From Ylistrum balloti (Eukaryota), in assembly GCF_031769215.1 (NCBI RefSeq), contig NW_026782170.1, positions 682,001 to 746,000 of the forward strand: a DNA stretch of 64,000 nucleotides. Direction: 5' to 3'. A program made the position numbers and the translations under genes. The stretch's first letter is position 1. Each line of letters opens with the position of its first letter. A model generated the notes under the pieces. That model was not told where the DNA came from. It searched no databases and saw nothing but the letters and a program-made list of their open reading frames with translations. This document shows positions 38,501-52,277 of the stretch, piece by piece.

Positions 38501-41500
38501 CATAATCTTATGAGAAAATTTTGTTTTTATTTTCATCATACATATAATTGATAGTCATACAATACACTATAACATTGTAGTATCAATATTTCAGCTTTGG
38601 TGTAGCATTTGGTACTAAGTTTAAGAAGTTTAATTGAATAAGTGAAAATGTTGAAAATACCCTGCTTCTTAACTGAGTTGATTAAATGAATAGTAATTCA
38701 TTATGAAAATGTTTTATCAGAGTATGTGTAATAGTATTACATTTAGATATATAATTTGTATGCTTGTGCATTTAAGTTCATCTTATAAGTTTATCTTAAT
38801 GATCCTTACTATATTTTTCAACAACATAATTTAGGATAACATGTGGTAATCTGAAAGAAAGAAAGTCAGAATATGAACTAGTTTCTAGTAGACACTGACT
38901 AGATCTGCATCCTGGTTTTAGATGCTAAGAAAATGGACCACAGTAATATTTTTACTTTGGCTCAACAAAGTGATACTTTACTTATCAACTGTCTTAAAAT
39001 ATTGATCGCATGATCCTGTGAGCACTCACACTCAGTTTTGTTTTTCAATCGATATGATGTATTGGTTAAATCAGTGATTGAGTTACTTCTGTAAAGTTTT
39101 CAGTTGTCTGCGTATACTAGAACTTGAACTAGCAGCTTTCACCCTTCAAGGGGCTCTTTAGGTTTTATCTGTATATTTATATTGTTCACAGGATAAAAAT
39201 GATGCAAAATCCTTGCATTGCTAATTGTATATTTCAGACCAGCCATTGTGGTACTGTTGATGTCAATGGTAAATGAGAAGCAGCCTTTCACACTGAGATG
39301 TGCTGTCCTCTACTGTTTCCAGTCTTTCCTCTACAGGAATGAGATCGGACAGTCTCAGATAGTCCAGACACTCCTACCCACATCATCTGATGGTAACCCT
39401 TTTTGGCTTACCTGTTTAAAAGTCTACTGACGTTACTGGTATTGCCATTGTCATGGTACAGCATCTGCCCATCAGTCCCTCCACGTGTCAACTTTTTTCT
39501 TTGAATTACATTTTCCAATAGGCCTAGAGTGGAAGTATTGAGTCAGTAGCTTGTAGAGATTAAAGGTTTTCAGGTATTTTTTTTTTTAATTTAATTACCT
39601 TGGATGATCAGGCGGTGCAGTGGAAACACACCAACCTTTCATCTAGATAAAAATGTCATGCCACTAGCATATTGCCATACAAGGTTAACATGTTGCATAC
39701 TGAAGTAAATGTAGAATTTATTCAAGTAACATCTTTTAACAAAGGACTTTTTGTTACCATTCCCATATCACAGTAGTTGAATATTTCAGTGGAACAATGA
39801 TTGCTAATTTGTTATTGAAACAGTTACCTCGATTTCTGCTCTAGGATGTCAATAAACACAAATTTGTATAAGAAGTAAAATTATTCAGAAGTGTGTGAAG
39901 ATTCATTACAATAGATTAAGAAACACACTGACAACTATTCTGAAGAGATAATAAAGAAAACAAATTAAGATGGAGGAGAGAAAAATGGTAATGCAATGCA
40001 CTTTATGAATATAATTAATATGATTTTCAGGAAAATGCTGCAGTTTATCTTAGAACACTTCTGTGATCATTGCAGCAAATACAATATCTGCCGGCCAGTT
40101 ACTTTGTGGAGGGCTTTTCAGTGCTGATTGCCTGTCAAACTGGTTTGCTGCTGTAGCCCTGTTACATGCCATTATGGAAAACCCAACGCAGAAGGAGCAA
40201 CTCCTACGAGTCCAGCTAGCTACCAGCCTTGGTAGTCCTCCTGTCTCGCTGCTGCAGCAGTGTTGCAACATATTGTCACAGGTACCTTCTTCTGACAGGA
40301 ATCTTTCACACCATAAAAGTATTTTCAATGTATTTGCTATTTTCTTTATGTTCTTAACAATAGTATTTTTGTCTGTCTTACTTTCAACCTTTTTCCAACT
40401 TTATTAATACTTTTTTGACTAAATTTACTATTTGTTTGTGAAAAATAAAAATACAAAGAACCATGATATTATGGTCATTGTGTTACAGTTTTAGTTAGTA
40501 CACACTTTGAAAATTGAGATGTGTTTTAGTCAGTACAAATATTGAAAATTGAGATGTGTTTTAGTCAGTACAAATATTGAAAAGTGAGATGAGTTTTAGT
40601 AAGTACAAACTTTGAAATTGAGATGAAGAAATGTTTGTACCATACTGTAAGGGACAAGCACTTTTAGATGGCGATTTCTGATTCATGAGTGACATCTTTT
40701 TGTTTTTTCTTTTTGTTCTTGTTTTTGATAGTCATAAGTACTGGAAACAATATTATTTCCTCTGGTACTCTTGACAAAGGACAAAAGGGATTGAAAGTAA
40801 TGTTGATACAAAAGGCATGAAAAAGAAGGCTGAGGGAGGAAATTAAATCAGACAAAAATATTTTTGAGTGCAGTTTATTATGTTCCAATCTCACTAATAT
40901 AAATCCTTTTAACTCATAGTTTACAACATTTTTACTGACCCTTGTATGATTTCCGTCCTTTTTCTTCTGTTCTCTCTCAAATTTCTCTCATAGAATGTTT
41001 TGTTTTGTTTGGCATGATCTTAATAGTCTTTTTGTTCCATTATGAAATTTGTGTTTTATACTGGCCAGCTAGAGTGTATAGCTTATGACCATCCCTTGTG
41101 TATGTAATTAACACAGGAAGATGCTATGTCCGCTGATGTGAGTATCTTACTGTACTATATTTCCCCAGGCTTTTGGACACATGCGTAGTTTATTAACAAT
41201 TGCTTAGTTTGTGTTGTTTGATCCACATCTTTGTTGTGCTGTTGTAATACTATCTGTCATCACGCATGATTCCCTCTCAAAAAAAAAACTATTGCATTTG
41301 GTAATTTAACAAAAAGGTGTTATTATGGTATAAAAATTCTACAGAAAAATAGATTAAAGCCAGGACGTCCTAAGGTCTTGTCCACATCATCCATATCAGA
41401 ACAAAGTCTGTCCTTTTTAATGACTTTCTCACTGTTAACAAAGGAGCTATATGTTATTATTTCTTCGTGACTGAAGAGTCTGAGTGTCAGGGCTGTAGGG

Positions 41501-44500
41501 ACAAAGTCATGGTCACTAGCTATTTTAAGAAAAATATTTCAGCACTCTAGTGACTTTATTTGTTGAGGTGCTTTGATCAAACTTCACATTATTCTAAAGA
41601 ATCATAATATCTCACACAAGGTTGATTTTCAGGATTGTAGGGTCAAGGTCAAAATCACCATTACTATTTTTAGACAATTGTTGTCAAGACTTGAATGGTT
41701 CCATTTCAGGCCAACGGTGAACCATGTTTGTATCATTTGCAATGCTGTATCTTTACAGCAGGAAGAACAGGCACTTTTCTACTATATCACAACTTAAACC
41801 CTTTCCAAGCATTTTCGCATGTTTCCTGCATCTCCTATTTACAGAACTGAATCTCTTCTTTCCCTGTCTAAACCTTTTTTATTTCTAAATTGTAAATACT
41901 GCATGACAATGGAAAAATCAATTGAATTGATACAATGCCATAAATAAAGTTATTTCAATAAGGCATTGGTGGACAAGATCTACAAATGTTTGATTGCTAT
42001 CGGCAAAGGAGTTTTACCTTTTGTTTCAAACTACAAATGACAAATATAGTGATTTAACAATGATAAAAAACCTATTGAGAATTACAAATATGAAACTTTC
42101 ATCTCTGAAAATTTAGATGCATTGTATTCAACAATTATTGTATGTATTTAATTTTTCTATATGTTAGAATGTATGTCTATGTTGTGGATTGTTTGTACCT
42201 GTGTTGGTTGTTTGTATTTGTGTTTATGTAGGTTGTGTATGGTTGGGACTGTTTGTCTTCATTGTGGGCTGATAAAGACCAGTTTATGCCTGTAGTTTTG
42301 ACCCAATTTTTGTCTGTGCCCATAGTTTATGACCAGATAATGAAAGTAGTTTTGACCAACTAATGACTGCCTGTAGTTTGTGGTCAGATGTTGCCTGGTT
42401 TTGCCTGTAGTTTTGACCATATAATGGTTCTTTGGACCCTAAGCTTGTGGCTGATATTGACTGGATTGTGTCTGTAATTTGATCAAATGATGGCTGTCTG
42501 TAGTTTGTGGCAGGATTTATGTTTATGCTTGTACTAGTTAGATGATGACTTGATTGTATACTTACAGGGTGGTAAGATCCAGACCAGGGTAGGACTACTG
42601 ATGCTGATGTGTGGATGGATGTCTAGCTGTCCAATAGTTGTGGCCCACTTCCTCACAAACACAGCCAACATACCATTTGTATCCTTGAAATAGACCTTAG
42701 TTCTCTACAGTATATCACATTACAATTTCAAGTAATGTGATAAGAAACCATTTCTCTACTGTAACAAACCTTTCAGATCTGAAATAGATATTCTTCTGGC
42801 AAAATGTTAATAACAAACTAAAGGAAACTAAAAAGGATTATTAAATCTCAGGATAAATATAAAACATGCTTTGATTGTTTGCTAAAACATCCCTATAAAC
42901 ACGCAAACTTAACTATATTTTCCTCCAATTTTATTTTTAAAAAGTACAAAATACCCTAACCAATTTCTGTGTATTGTTGCTTTTTGTGTTTTTCTTAACA
43001 CCATCCAAAGCTGATAACCCAGGTGTCTGCATCAGAGAGTGACGAGAATGAAACTCTGGTCCAGGGATTATGCTCATTTTTACTTGGAATATGTGTCCTT
43101 GATAATGATGATCAAAACGAAACATTTAATAGGTTAGTTTTCTTCATAGTCAGACAGAAATGCAGTCGTCTAGACAAAATATTTGTATAATTTTGTTTTA
43201 TTATTAATCTTTTATCATATCAAAGTTGTTAGACAGCAAAGACTTTGTTTTGTGTCCATTTACATCATAATTCTGAACTATTGTCTTTCAATCATCAAGA
43301 GAAAAATTGAAATTAACCTTTTGAGGTAAGATGTTTGATTAATCATTCCATTTATGTTTGATTTTAATTTTCAGAGCATCTTTACGACAAATAATAGAGA
43401 AAAGAATAGGTTTAGAATCCTTTTCTGACAAGTTAACACAGATACCAAAGAATGAGAGCTATACAAATGCAGCTAAAAAACCCAATTTCACTTACAAACA
43501 TCCCAGTGAGGTGGTGTTTGATTTTGAATTTACAAGAATATTTAAAACTCTAGAAGGTAAGTTTCCTTGCATGGATAACTGTTAACCTTTAAATAAGAAT
43601 CAATAGTTCACTTTAAATTGAATGTTATTGGTCCTCTGAGATAGTAAAATATTTACTAAACCAAGTTTGCAGATTTTTGCAATATGAATAAAAAGCATAC
43701 TAGGTGTTATTGATATTGAGTCCACTGTATTAATTTCCTGGTAATATAATGCCATTTTTGGGTAATTGCATATCATGGTGTAGTTTTTATATCAAAATAA
43801 TTATGTGCATGTGTAGTACTTTAGTGTAGTGAAATATTTCATTAAGAATTATTGGAATAAGATTTTTAACACACTTTAATATTTATTTTCAGTTGACATT
43901 TTGAATACGGTCTCACCAAATGCTAATGCTGCAGAACACAAACAGAAAATTGCTAATTTACAGGAGCATGAAAAGGTGGTCAACCAATACAAGGAACTTA
44001 TTCAAGAACAGGTAAAAATGTCTCTTTTATACTGGTATATTCAGCAATTTCAGCATTATTGACACAAAAAGGATGGCAGAGATAATAATGTAAACGCATT
44101 TTATAAGCAAATATTTTTTTGTTGAAGTTCTAAGCATTGATTTGTGACATATCAGATAGTCACTTGACTGACCTTATATGCCAATATCTGTATGCTTTAG
44201 GACACACAGTTAAAAAGTGTGACCCAGGAGTTGGACCTGTTGCGTTCACAAAACATCTCGTCCACAAGCAATTTAAGTGAACTACGGGAACAGGTGCAAC
44301 AACTTAAGGATCAGAATGCACTTCTGAAAGCACAGAAAGGTACCTAGTAAACAGACATCTTATTTAATTTTCAAATGGTCAATCAAAACAGAAGAGAAGT
44401 CGATTCTAACATGTATATTCATATTAAACACCAGAAGTAAAAGAAATTCTGATTTTGCATGTTTTCATATATCTAATGTATCATCTTGTAAATCCATGTG

Positions 44501-46911
44501 TTGTTTCTTTAAAGGTTCTCAAGGAGCAGTGCTAGATACAAAGAAAGATGATGACCTGAGAAATCTTCAAGAAGAATTGGAAAGGTTAAAGCTATATGTA
44601 TCAGAAAAAGAAACAGCAATGGAGAAATTGGTAATGAAAGTAATGAAAGAACCTGTCTAAATATGATAGTCTTTCAAATTCCAGCTTCCCCATCTCTTTG
44701 ATGGCTAAAATTGTATACACTGAAACCAGCCATACCAAGACTCTCTTATCACCAACTCCAGCCGTTCATAAATAATCACAAAAAATTACATACAATGTAC
44801 TATATGCATTAAAGCCTGATCCTTAAAATGGGATAAGTCTTGCTGATATTCAGCTTTGTGTAAAATATTATTTTTTAAACTGAATGATTGACATTGTTAT
44901 GTATGGAAGGGAGATCATAAGTCTTTTTTAAACTGATTGATTCACATTGTTATGTTTAGAAGGGAGATCTGACGGTGTCAGAGGCTAAGGTGTTGGCATA
45001 TCAGACAGCAGGGGAGGAGGACAAGGAGAACAACCCTAGTGAAGTTGCTGTGTTACAAGCAACAGTTAATAGAATCAAGTGTGACCTCCAGGAAGCTCAA
45101 CATATAGTGACTGAGAGGGATGCTGAAGTCTCACGACTCGCTACACTACACACTGAAGCACAGAAACAGATAGAATATCTGGTAAATTTATGTATATATG
45201 TATATTTGAGTTGACTGTCACTGACTCACTGGTTTACATTCCACAAAGGGACATGGCTCTTTGTAGTCTAGAGATGTGAACCTAGAAGGAATGCTGGACA
45301 TACTGAAATATGCCTCTCATCTTAAAATTTCTGAGAGATGGTTTTACCCAGAATGTGAATTATTACTAGCAATTTAAAGGTATACAAGGACTGTATATAT
45401 AGACTTTATCTAGTAAATGGTAAACAAACTGGCAGTTGAAATTGATCATGTCCCTAACATCTTTGGATAAAGCTTGATCTTACTATCTGTGAACAAGAGT
45501 AGGTAGAGATCATGTAGACCTTGTTTTGTTGCCTGTAAACTGCGGTATACAGAGGTAGCCCAGGTGCATGTTAGATGTGTGACAATGTTATCTGGTTAAA
45601 ATTATACAAAGATTTGTTTTTATTATAGAATCAAGTCAAAAATGAAAATTCAAGTCAAGCAGCTGGAGGAGGAGATTCAGTATTATTACAGGAAGAAATT
45701 CAAAAACTTTCAAGTGAAAAGTCAACTTTACAGGAAAGACTGACAAAGGCCAATGAAGACAATTTGAACCTTATAGACAAAGCTAATGTGAGTACTTGAC
45801 CTGTTACAGTTCTGTTTTACATACACAGGTAATCTAGACACATGTCTATTTAGATGACTAGTTAAAGGGAAATGTTCTTTAGATACAGCTAGTATGTGGC
45901 TACTTCACAATAATATCTATTCCATGAAAGGATCCAAGAATGAAAGAAGTTCTATGCATGGTTGGTACTCTATTTTGGTAGAGGAATAATCCTAAGGTGA
46001 TATGACACTGAATAACAGTGATTATCCATTACATATGTCAAACATTAATATTTGTTTATCCCTAACTCAATAAAGCTGGCAGGGGATATTGTAATGGGCT
46101 CCATCTGGGAAACTAGAAGTAGAACAGGACTTGTACTTGCATTTGACCTACATTTTATGCTCCAGTGAATTAGTTAGAATCTTTACAATAAAAATTGCAA
46201 AGTCCATATGTGGGAAACTATTAAGAGCTTTAGGTTTTACATTCGCCTGAATGATTCAGGAGGTTGTTCAACAGAATTGCAGCACCATTTCTTGATGCAT
46301 TTGTAAATAAAAAGATTATTTTTATATGAGGTACAGTTCCCAGAATGGAGATTGGAAATATTGGTGCCTTCAGGTTAGTTTTAACAAATACCAGATAGTT
46401 GATTAAAAACTGTGGTTGATACCAGATTCTGGAACAAAGGTTGTGTATCATTAGGGGCTATCTATAATCTTCTGTTAAGTTTTTTTTTTGCACAGTGCCT
46501 CTTGCATCAAATAGAGATGATTAAGTGCAATTTGTTTATTTGAAATTTTTTCAGAAAGCTCAAGAGGAGACTAAACAAGTTATAAAAGAAAAGAATGAGG
46601 TTGCAGAAGAATTGGATAATCTTAAAAGAGAACAGGAAGATTTGTTAGTTTTACTGGCAGACCAGGACACCAAAATAGACACATACAAGACCAGGTTAAA
46701 AGCACTCGGGGAACAGGTGAGATCTAAATCTACACCAATATAAAGCATTTTCATAATTGAACATAATGAACATAGTCAGTCAACATAGTTTTAAATCATG
46801 GGGAAATGCAGACTATGACTGATCTTATTTCTGTTTCAGGTGGAAGAGGATGATGATGATGATGATGATGATGATTTAGGTGATGATGATTTAGATGAAG
46901 ATGAGGACTGA
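29540..46911 (+). CDS. USO1: General vesicular transport factor p115 (armadillo head, coiled coil, acidic tail), 954 aa, 23 coding exons
   Basis: Exons: 29540-29605, 31486-31572, 31765-31829, 32092-32165, 33096-33202, 34037-34195, 35139-35259, 36336-36526, 37249-37324, 37976-38040, 38314-38402, 39238-39392, 40076-40281, 42568-42678, 43011-43132, 43375-43556, 43893-44011, 44201-44339, 44515-44630, 44960-45181, 45629-45787, 46555-46716, 46840-46911. They total 2865 nt with consistent phases. Diagnostic peptides: STLLDDRRDAVRALK, SPMGVSKLMDLLSDSREIIRND, QKIVAFENAFERL, EKQPFTLRCAVLYCFQ, EQEDLLVLLADQD. Confidence 0.97.
34609..34910 (+). mobile_element. tRNA-derived SINE in a USO1 intron
   Basis: Head ggggcagtgatagctcagttgc (A box) and ggttcaatgttccc (B-box-like). 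Central ggtcctttgataagacatttatcctaattg resembles the conserved central domain of invertebrate SINE superfamilies. Tail ggggcagtaaacccagcaaa..caaacaaat. Confidence 0.6.
36593..36682. repeat. Near-perfect inverted repeat (38-bp arms, 14-nt loop)
   Basis: 36593-36630 is the reverse complement of 36645-36682 with 2 mismatches (36611/36664 and 36624/36651). Confidence 0.9.
37490..37790. repeat. Diverged dimer of a ~165-bp transposon-internal repeat
   Basis: aaaac.tg.taagaggtatca.cat.a.act..ataggtaga.agatctc occurs twice (~37505 and ~37665), each followed by ttttcatac.taaattttgtc. Confidence 0.6.
40507..40624. repeat. 35-bp minisatellite, ~3.3 copies
   Basis: ttgaaaattgagatgtgttttagtcagtacaaata starts at 40507 and 40542, with a variant copy at 40577. 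Confidence 0.88.
42280..42510. repeat. Decayed minisatellite built on (c/t)ctgtagttt(t)g
   Basis: About six irregularly spaced copies of cctgtagttttgacc-like words lie upstream of USO1 exon 14. Confidence 0.55.
42679..43010 (+). other. U12-type (minor spliceosome) GT-AG intron in USO1
   Basis: Donor GTATCCTTG. Branch site TTCTTAAC at 42992-42999, about 11 nt before the AG at 43009-43010, with no polypyrimidine tract between them. The flanking exons join in frame (ANIPF-LITQV). Confidence 0.88.
46849..46875 (+). repeat. Coding (GAT)9 microsatellite giving poly-Asp in the USO1 acidic tail
   Basis: Nine consecutive GAT codons in the last exon. Confidence 0.95.
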
Positions 46912-49638
46912 GAAATAAAGCATGCCAGATTGTGGAGTTAGAATGCTCAGTGCCTTGAGTACTGCAATAAAATCCTGTGATACAGATAATTGAATTCTAG
47001 AGACATTGTTCAGGGAGAAAACCCTGTGGAACGGATAATTTAATTCTAGACATTGATCTTGGATAAAACCTTGGCAGAAGCATCCTAGATGGTTTGGGTA
47101 TCAGTTTGTGCACCAGAGAGTTGACTTCCTTTTGTTAGATGCTTGAATGTAGGCATTTCTAGAGTAAGAAGAATGACACTAATGTATTCTGTGTAGCTTA
47201 AGAAAGTTCTAATTACTGAAATTTCTTTTACAGTCAATTTTTTGTTCAATCTGATTAAGACAGTTACAAGTCCATGTCCATGTAAATATTAATTATTACA
47301 TGACTGTATCATGGGCAGGAAGTTAAGTGCCAAATCATGGTTTTGTAATGTTTATCTTGGCATAAATTTTGGCAAATTACATTTTGAAAACAATGAGATG
47401 AATAGTACATGTACTTGGAATTGTGAGATTTTTGTGCAATGTTTCATTTTGCTTTTTTAACTGTTGTGAATTCCTTTCTTTTGTAAGTCAGGTAATTTTG
47501 TTTCAATTTCAATGAAAAATAAAAGTCTTCATTCTGAGATTAAATTCCATCCCAGTAATTAATGGTCTATTAGCATTCCAAAAAGTACAGATCAAGTAAA
47601 GCATTCACCAAAACCATTTTTGATTATAACATTTTACTCCCAGTATATGTACCATAGAAACAATAGAAAGGAATACCACTGAACATAAAGACCTTTCCTG
47701 TTTTGAGATTTCAATATCATTTTTTTTTAACTTTCATGTTTGTGTTTGTGACTATCAAACCAGTGTGATTTATGACCTTGTGCACATTATAACTGAACAA
47801 CGATAGGCAGCATCTCAGAGAAATGTGTTGTTTATTTATTACCACTGATTGATGCTGTGTTGTTGAGCTTTAGGAAGAATGGGAAATTTTTTTATGTGGA
47901 AGTGAATGTTAGAAAATTAACATGAAATGTGAAGGTTAGGAAAACTACCAATAGTATTACATGGTATATGATCCCTGCTTCTTCTCTATACAATATACTC
48001 TGATTAAATCTCACTGTCAAGTTAGATTTTTTTACCCGACAAAAAAACTAGACTGATCTGAAAACCTGCTAATGGATCAGCATGTAACATCTGAAATGTA
48101 TTTTTTAAAAACTGTATAAGGATTTGAAGAAGTCTATTGTAACATTATATTTCAGTACATGCAGGTTTTACATGTGGTAAATTGTTTTCAGCTAAGATCC
48201 GATCAGGTTTGCAGTATTTCTCCATTTAAATTATGGTTAGAGATTTGCTTCACACATGGACAAATATTCAGTTGTCCATGAGAGATATGCTGTTCTGTGT
48301 TTGTATGGTACAATATTATGTATCTGGGAGAGATATGCTGATCTTAGTGTTTTGTAATGGTATATCTAACCTTACCAAATGTTGCATAATTATGAATATC
48401 AGTTATAGTGTATGACACAAGTGCTATTTGTGTTGGCTGTGAGGAGATTCTTATGTGCTGTGCTTTAGAATCAGAGACAATTGCCCTATTATACTTTGTA
48501 TTAGAGTATCTTACCCCAAGAAGTTCCCAGCTTCAGTCATATTAAGATGGTAGCCTCCGTGTATGTATGTATGGAATGTCAGTGATGAAAAAGCACCAGT
48601 GTGTTAAGTGTAGTTGCTTCATTTTTAAATCTATCATGTACATACTATCCAATAGCAGCACCTGTAAAGTGTATAGAAAGAGGAAAGATTTTGAAAGCAT
48701 TGTCTACATATATGAAGTCAGAGGGGGCTGAAGTTGTCGTTTTTGTTTCCTTTCCTCGTATTAAATTCACTCATAATTCTTTTCATCCCTTGTCATAGGG
48801 ATATTCCAGATATAACGAAAAAAGAGAATTTTCATAACCTCACTTCCTGATTTGTTTTTCCTGTGAATTCATATACTTTAAGTTAGTCATTTCCAGAACT
48901 CACTTAATCTTATCTTGACATTCGTTTCATTTCTGTATTTGTAGAACCTTCTGCTCTTTCTACCTCATCCCCTTAATATTTCTATCTGATGTGACTCTAA
49001 GTAACTACATCTGTCATCAATTTGGTCATATTACAACAAAGAGCAGGGGAGTATCATGCAAGATGTTATAAGGAGCACTTTCATCTGTGTTATTGTGAAG
49101 AGAACAATAACAGGAACTCATTTTTCAGGAAGTGTAATTTTAAAGAACTTCAACATAATATCTATCTATAAATCATATCAATAATATAGCCATTACATGT
49201 ATAATTGTGGGAAGATACATAAATGGATGAACAAATTGAAAAAGGTGTGAATGGTTCTGTTGTTTAAGCCAGTTTTATTACTGATAGACATGAGGGGGTT
49301 TGTTTTGTTTTAATGCACAGATCATAGAGTTAATTTTAAAATAATGTCTTGTGTATATCATTATATTTACCTATACAACGGTTGTTGAAAACATGATATA
49401 AATAAAATTTATTACCTAAGGTATGTTTAACTTTGTTTTGTTGTTGATCCTCATACTGGTACCAGGGTGTATTATAATATACCAAATTAAGTTGTTCTTA
49501 TAATTACTCAATTTGAAAAATTGAGCTAAATGAAACTTCTGAACATTAAAGTAGATAGCAACGGTAAAGAAAAAACTTGGTCTCACTTCCAATAATTAAT
49601 TCTTATTAATCGTAGCAGTAATAAAGACATTTTAGAAA

Positions 49639-50055
49639 AAGAAGATGCCCAATGGGCCTGCAGTGTTCACCTGGTATATATATGTACCACCCAAATATGC
49701 CTCTATGACTTTTCGTTCATGAGAAGTTGTTTAAAAGTTTTAACAAATTTGCTCCCTGTGAATTTGTATGTTTGTCAAAGTCATTTATTTTCCAAACATT
49801 GTCAGGTTTCATCCTAGAAACATATACGCCAAATATCATGCCTCTAGGCCTTTCAGTTCATAAGAAGAAGTTTTTTAAATATTTCAACAAATTTGATATC
49901 TGTGGCCTAGAACATAGGTCAAGGACTTTATCCTAGAAACATACCACCCAAATATCAAAACATTTGGTTCATTGTTTATTGAGAAGTTTTTGAAAGGAAA
50001 AAGTTGACACTGGATGCTGAACGCTGTGCCATGGCATAAGATCACTTGGCCCTTC
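49639..50055 (+). mobile_element. HINE-like non-autonomous element
   Basis: 5' aagaagatgcccaatgggcctgcagtgttcacctgg resembles the 1839 end. Internal diverged repeats (atcctagaaacata...ccaaatatca twice). 3' gccatggcataagatcacttggccctt. Confidence 0.5.
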
Positions 50056-52277
50056 TAAGTCCATCATTAAACCATTTAAAAATCCTGAAAATAAGGAGTG
50101 GTTTATGTTCAAGTTTAACAGCTTATCTAGGAAACTGGTTGACTTTCAAGAACATTTTATATTCCAAGGCTGTCAACCCTAAACAAGCCATGTTTATGTT
50201 CTGTATGCTAGAATGAAAACTTTAAATGTCAAATTCAGTACCAAAAACAATATAAAAACATTATTTATTTCAAACTTTTAAAGACTTTTTCCTTGACCTT
50301 GATTCTATAATTAACTTGAGAAGCTCCATACCAATACAATACTGTGCATTAGGTATTTTAGTAAGATATTGGTACAGCCTTCATTTTGGAGGATATTTTC
50401 ATACTACAACCACCTGAATTAATTAACTTTTCTATAACTGTGGGTTGCTTATCTTTAAGGCACTTGCACTTTTATTCCCTTCTTGTCCAGATTTTGACTT
50501 TTCTTTTTCACTTTGGATTTTCCTCAGTTGCCTCCTAGGCTTCAAAACTTAGGCTCTTGGCATCACAGATGAATCAAAGAAGGACATGGCATCGCTGACG
50601 AATCAAAGAAGGACAAAACAGCTGTTTAATGCAGTTCACTTTATTGTTTGGCATACCTATATGTAACTTTACATTTGTAGCAAAAGGTACTATTCACATG
50701 TGTGTCTTTTGTATAATGTTCAAAGATCCCTTTGAAATCTGTTTATTTTCAGGACAGATTTGTTTTCAAGATTTTAAGGTATTTGAACTTTTAATTTGGT
50801 CAACGAATGAATATTTCACACTCTTAGGCTGCATTCGCGTAACCCACTTGAAATGTTCAGATGGTCTGAAATTATCCCACTATACCCGAATGCACTTGTA
50901 CTGGATGTTGAACCTGATTTACCTGGTACGTGTATGTAAAGTTAAAAATGCACTATTTTGGAATTTCCTGTCAAGCAGAAATCAATTAACTTTAATTATG
51001 TGAAATATGTGAGTGCACTAACCTTACTTTTTATGATGAAATTTGAAACCAATGATATTCAGCAAATTAGTTTCAGACAGGTACAAATACTGCGTAGTCC
51101 AGCCTTGGTACCGATTTGTACCTCACGTTTTTCTTGTAGGGTCAACTGGTCCAACCATTTCAACTGCTTATTTGAAAGTGCCCTCATTTGCTCAATATCT
51201 TAATGGCTGGTTGTTTAAACACTTGTTTCTGTCACATGAGCTAATAAAAACACCATCAGTGTTATCTAGAAAGCCTTTAATGCTATATAGTAACAAAAAT
51301 AAAATACTTCCAGAAAACAAAAAATTATGGTCATAACTAACAATAATGAAAATATTCATCAATCAAGAGAAATGTATTTGAATATGATACTAGTTTATGG
51401 CTACAACCAATCAAAAAATAAAGGAAAAAGAATCTGACTGGCACTTGATGCACAGAATCAGAAATACAACTAACAACTTACATCTTCAACAACTTCATAT
51501 AACATTGAGGAATTCTTAGTCTGAGTCCAAATTTAGTTTAAGGACTTGAATGGGTTTAATAAAATAATGAATAATGAAAAATCAGTTTAGGTTATAAAGC
51601 CAATCAGGTCTGATCGCCAATTTGAGCACTTTTTAATAATCATCTATAGAACTTGTGCAACATAAAAAAGACTGTAATCGAACAATCCTAATGAAAAGAA
51701 ATATGACTTTGTACTCTTAATTATTTAACAAGCAAAAGTATTGCTGATATTGACAAAATGTTTGATATTTTGCCAATTTGTCTTAAAATCTTGTATTGAA
51801 ATGCACAAAATTACTGAAAGGCAACAATTTCCCAATCACAATGCCATTAGAGGAAGCCAACCAGGATTCAAAGCGATCAGTGGTTGTTGATTAAAATGAT
51901 GAATGGCAAGTGAAAGTCAAGAAAGATTGAACTTGAAGCCCAAACAGGATAAACTAACGATGAGTAAGTGTTCTGAATGTAAAGATGTAAGGCACCAAAA
52001 GTATGTTAGTTTTAGATATCCCCCAGTAAAGTAACTACAATCGAGATCTGTCAAAGTTTTGGTTCAAACAACAAACAGTTTTAGATGTAATTAGTCCATC
52101 ATGGGATCTGATTTCTGCATGTGGCATGCCATTTTTCCATGATGAAAGTTTGGACTCATGTAAATTATTACAAACTGTTATTGATGCTGTCATGACACTA
52201 ACCAAATCAACACAATATTATCACATATTTAGTCTGTGAAAGTCACATAGAAAAGGTCTTCCAGTTCTGATCAATCT

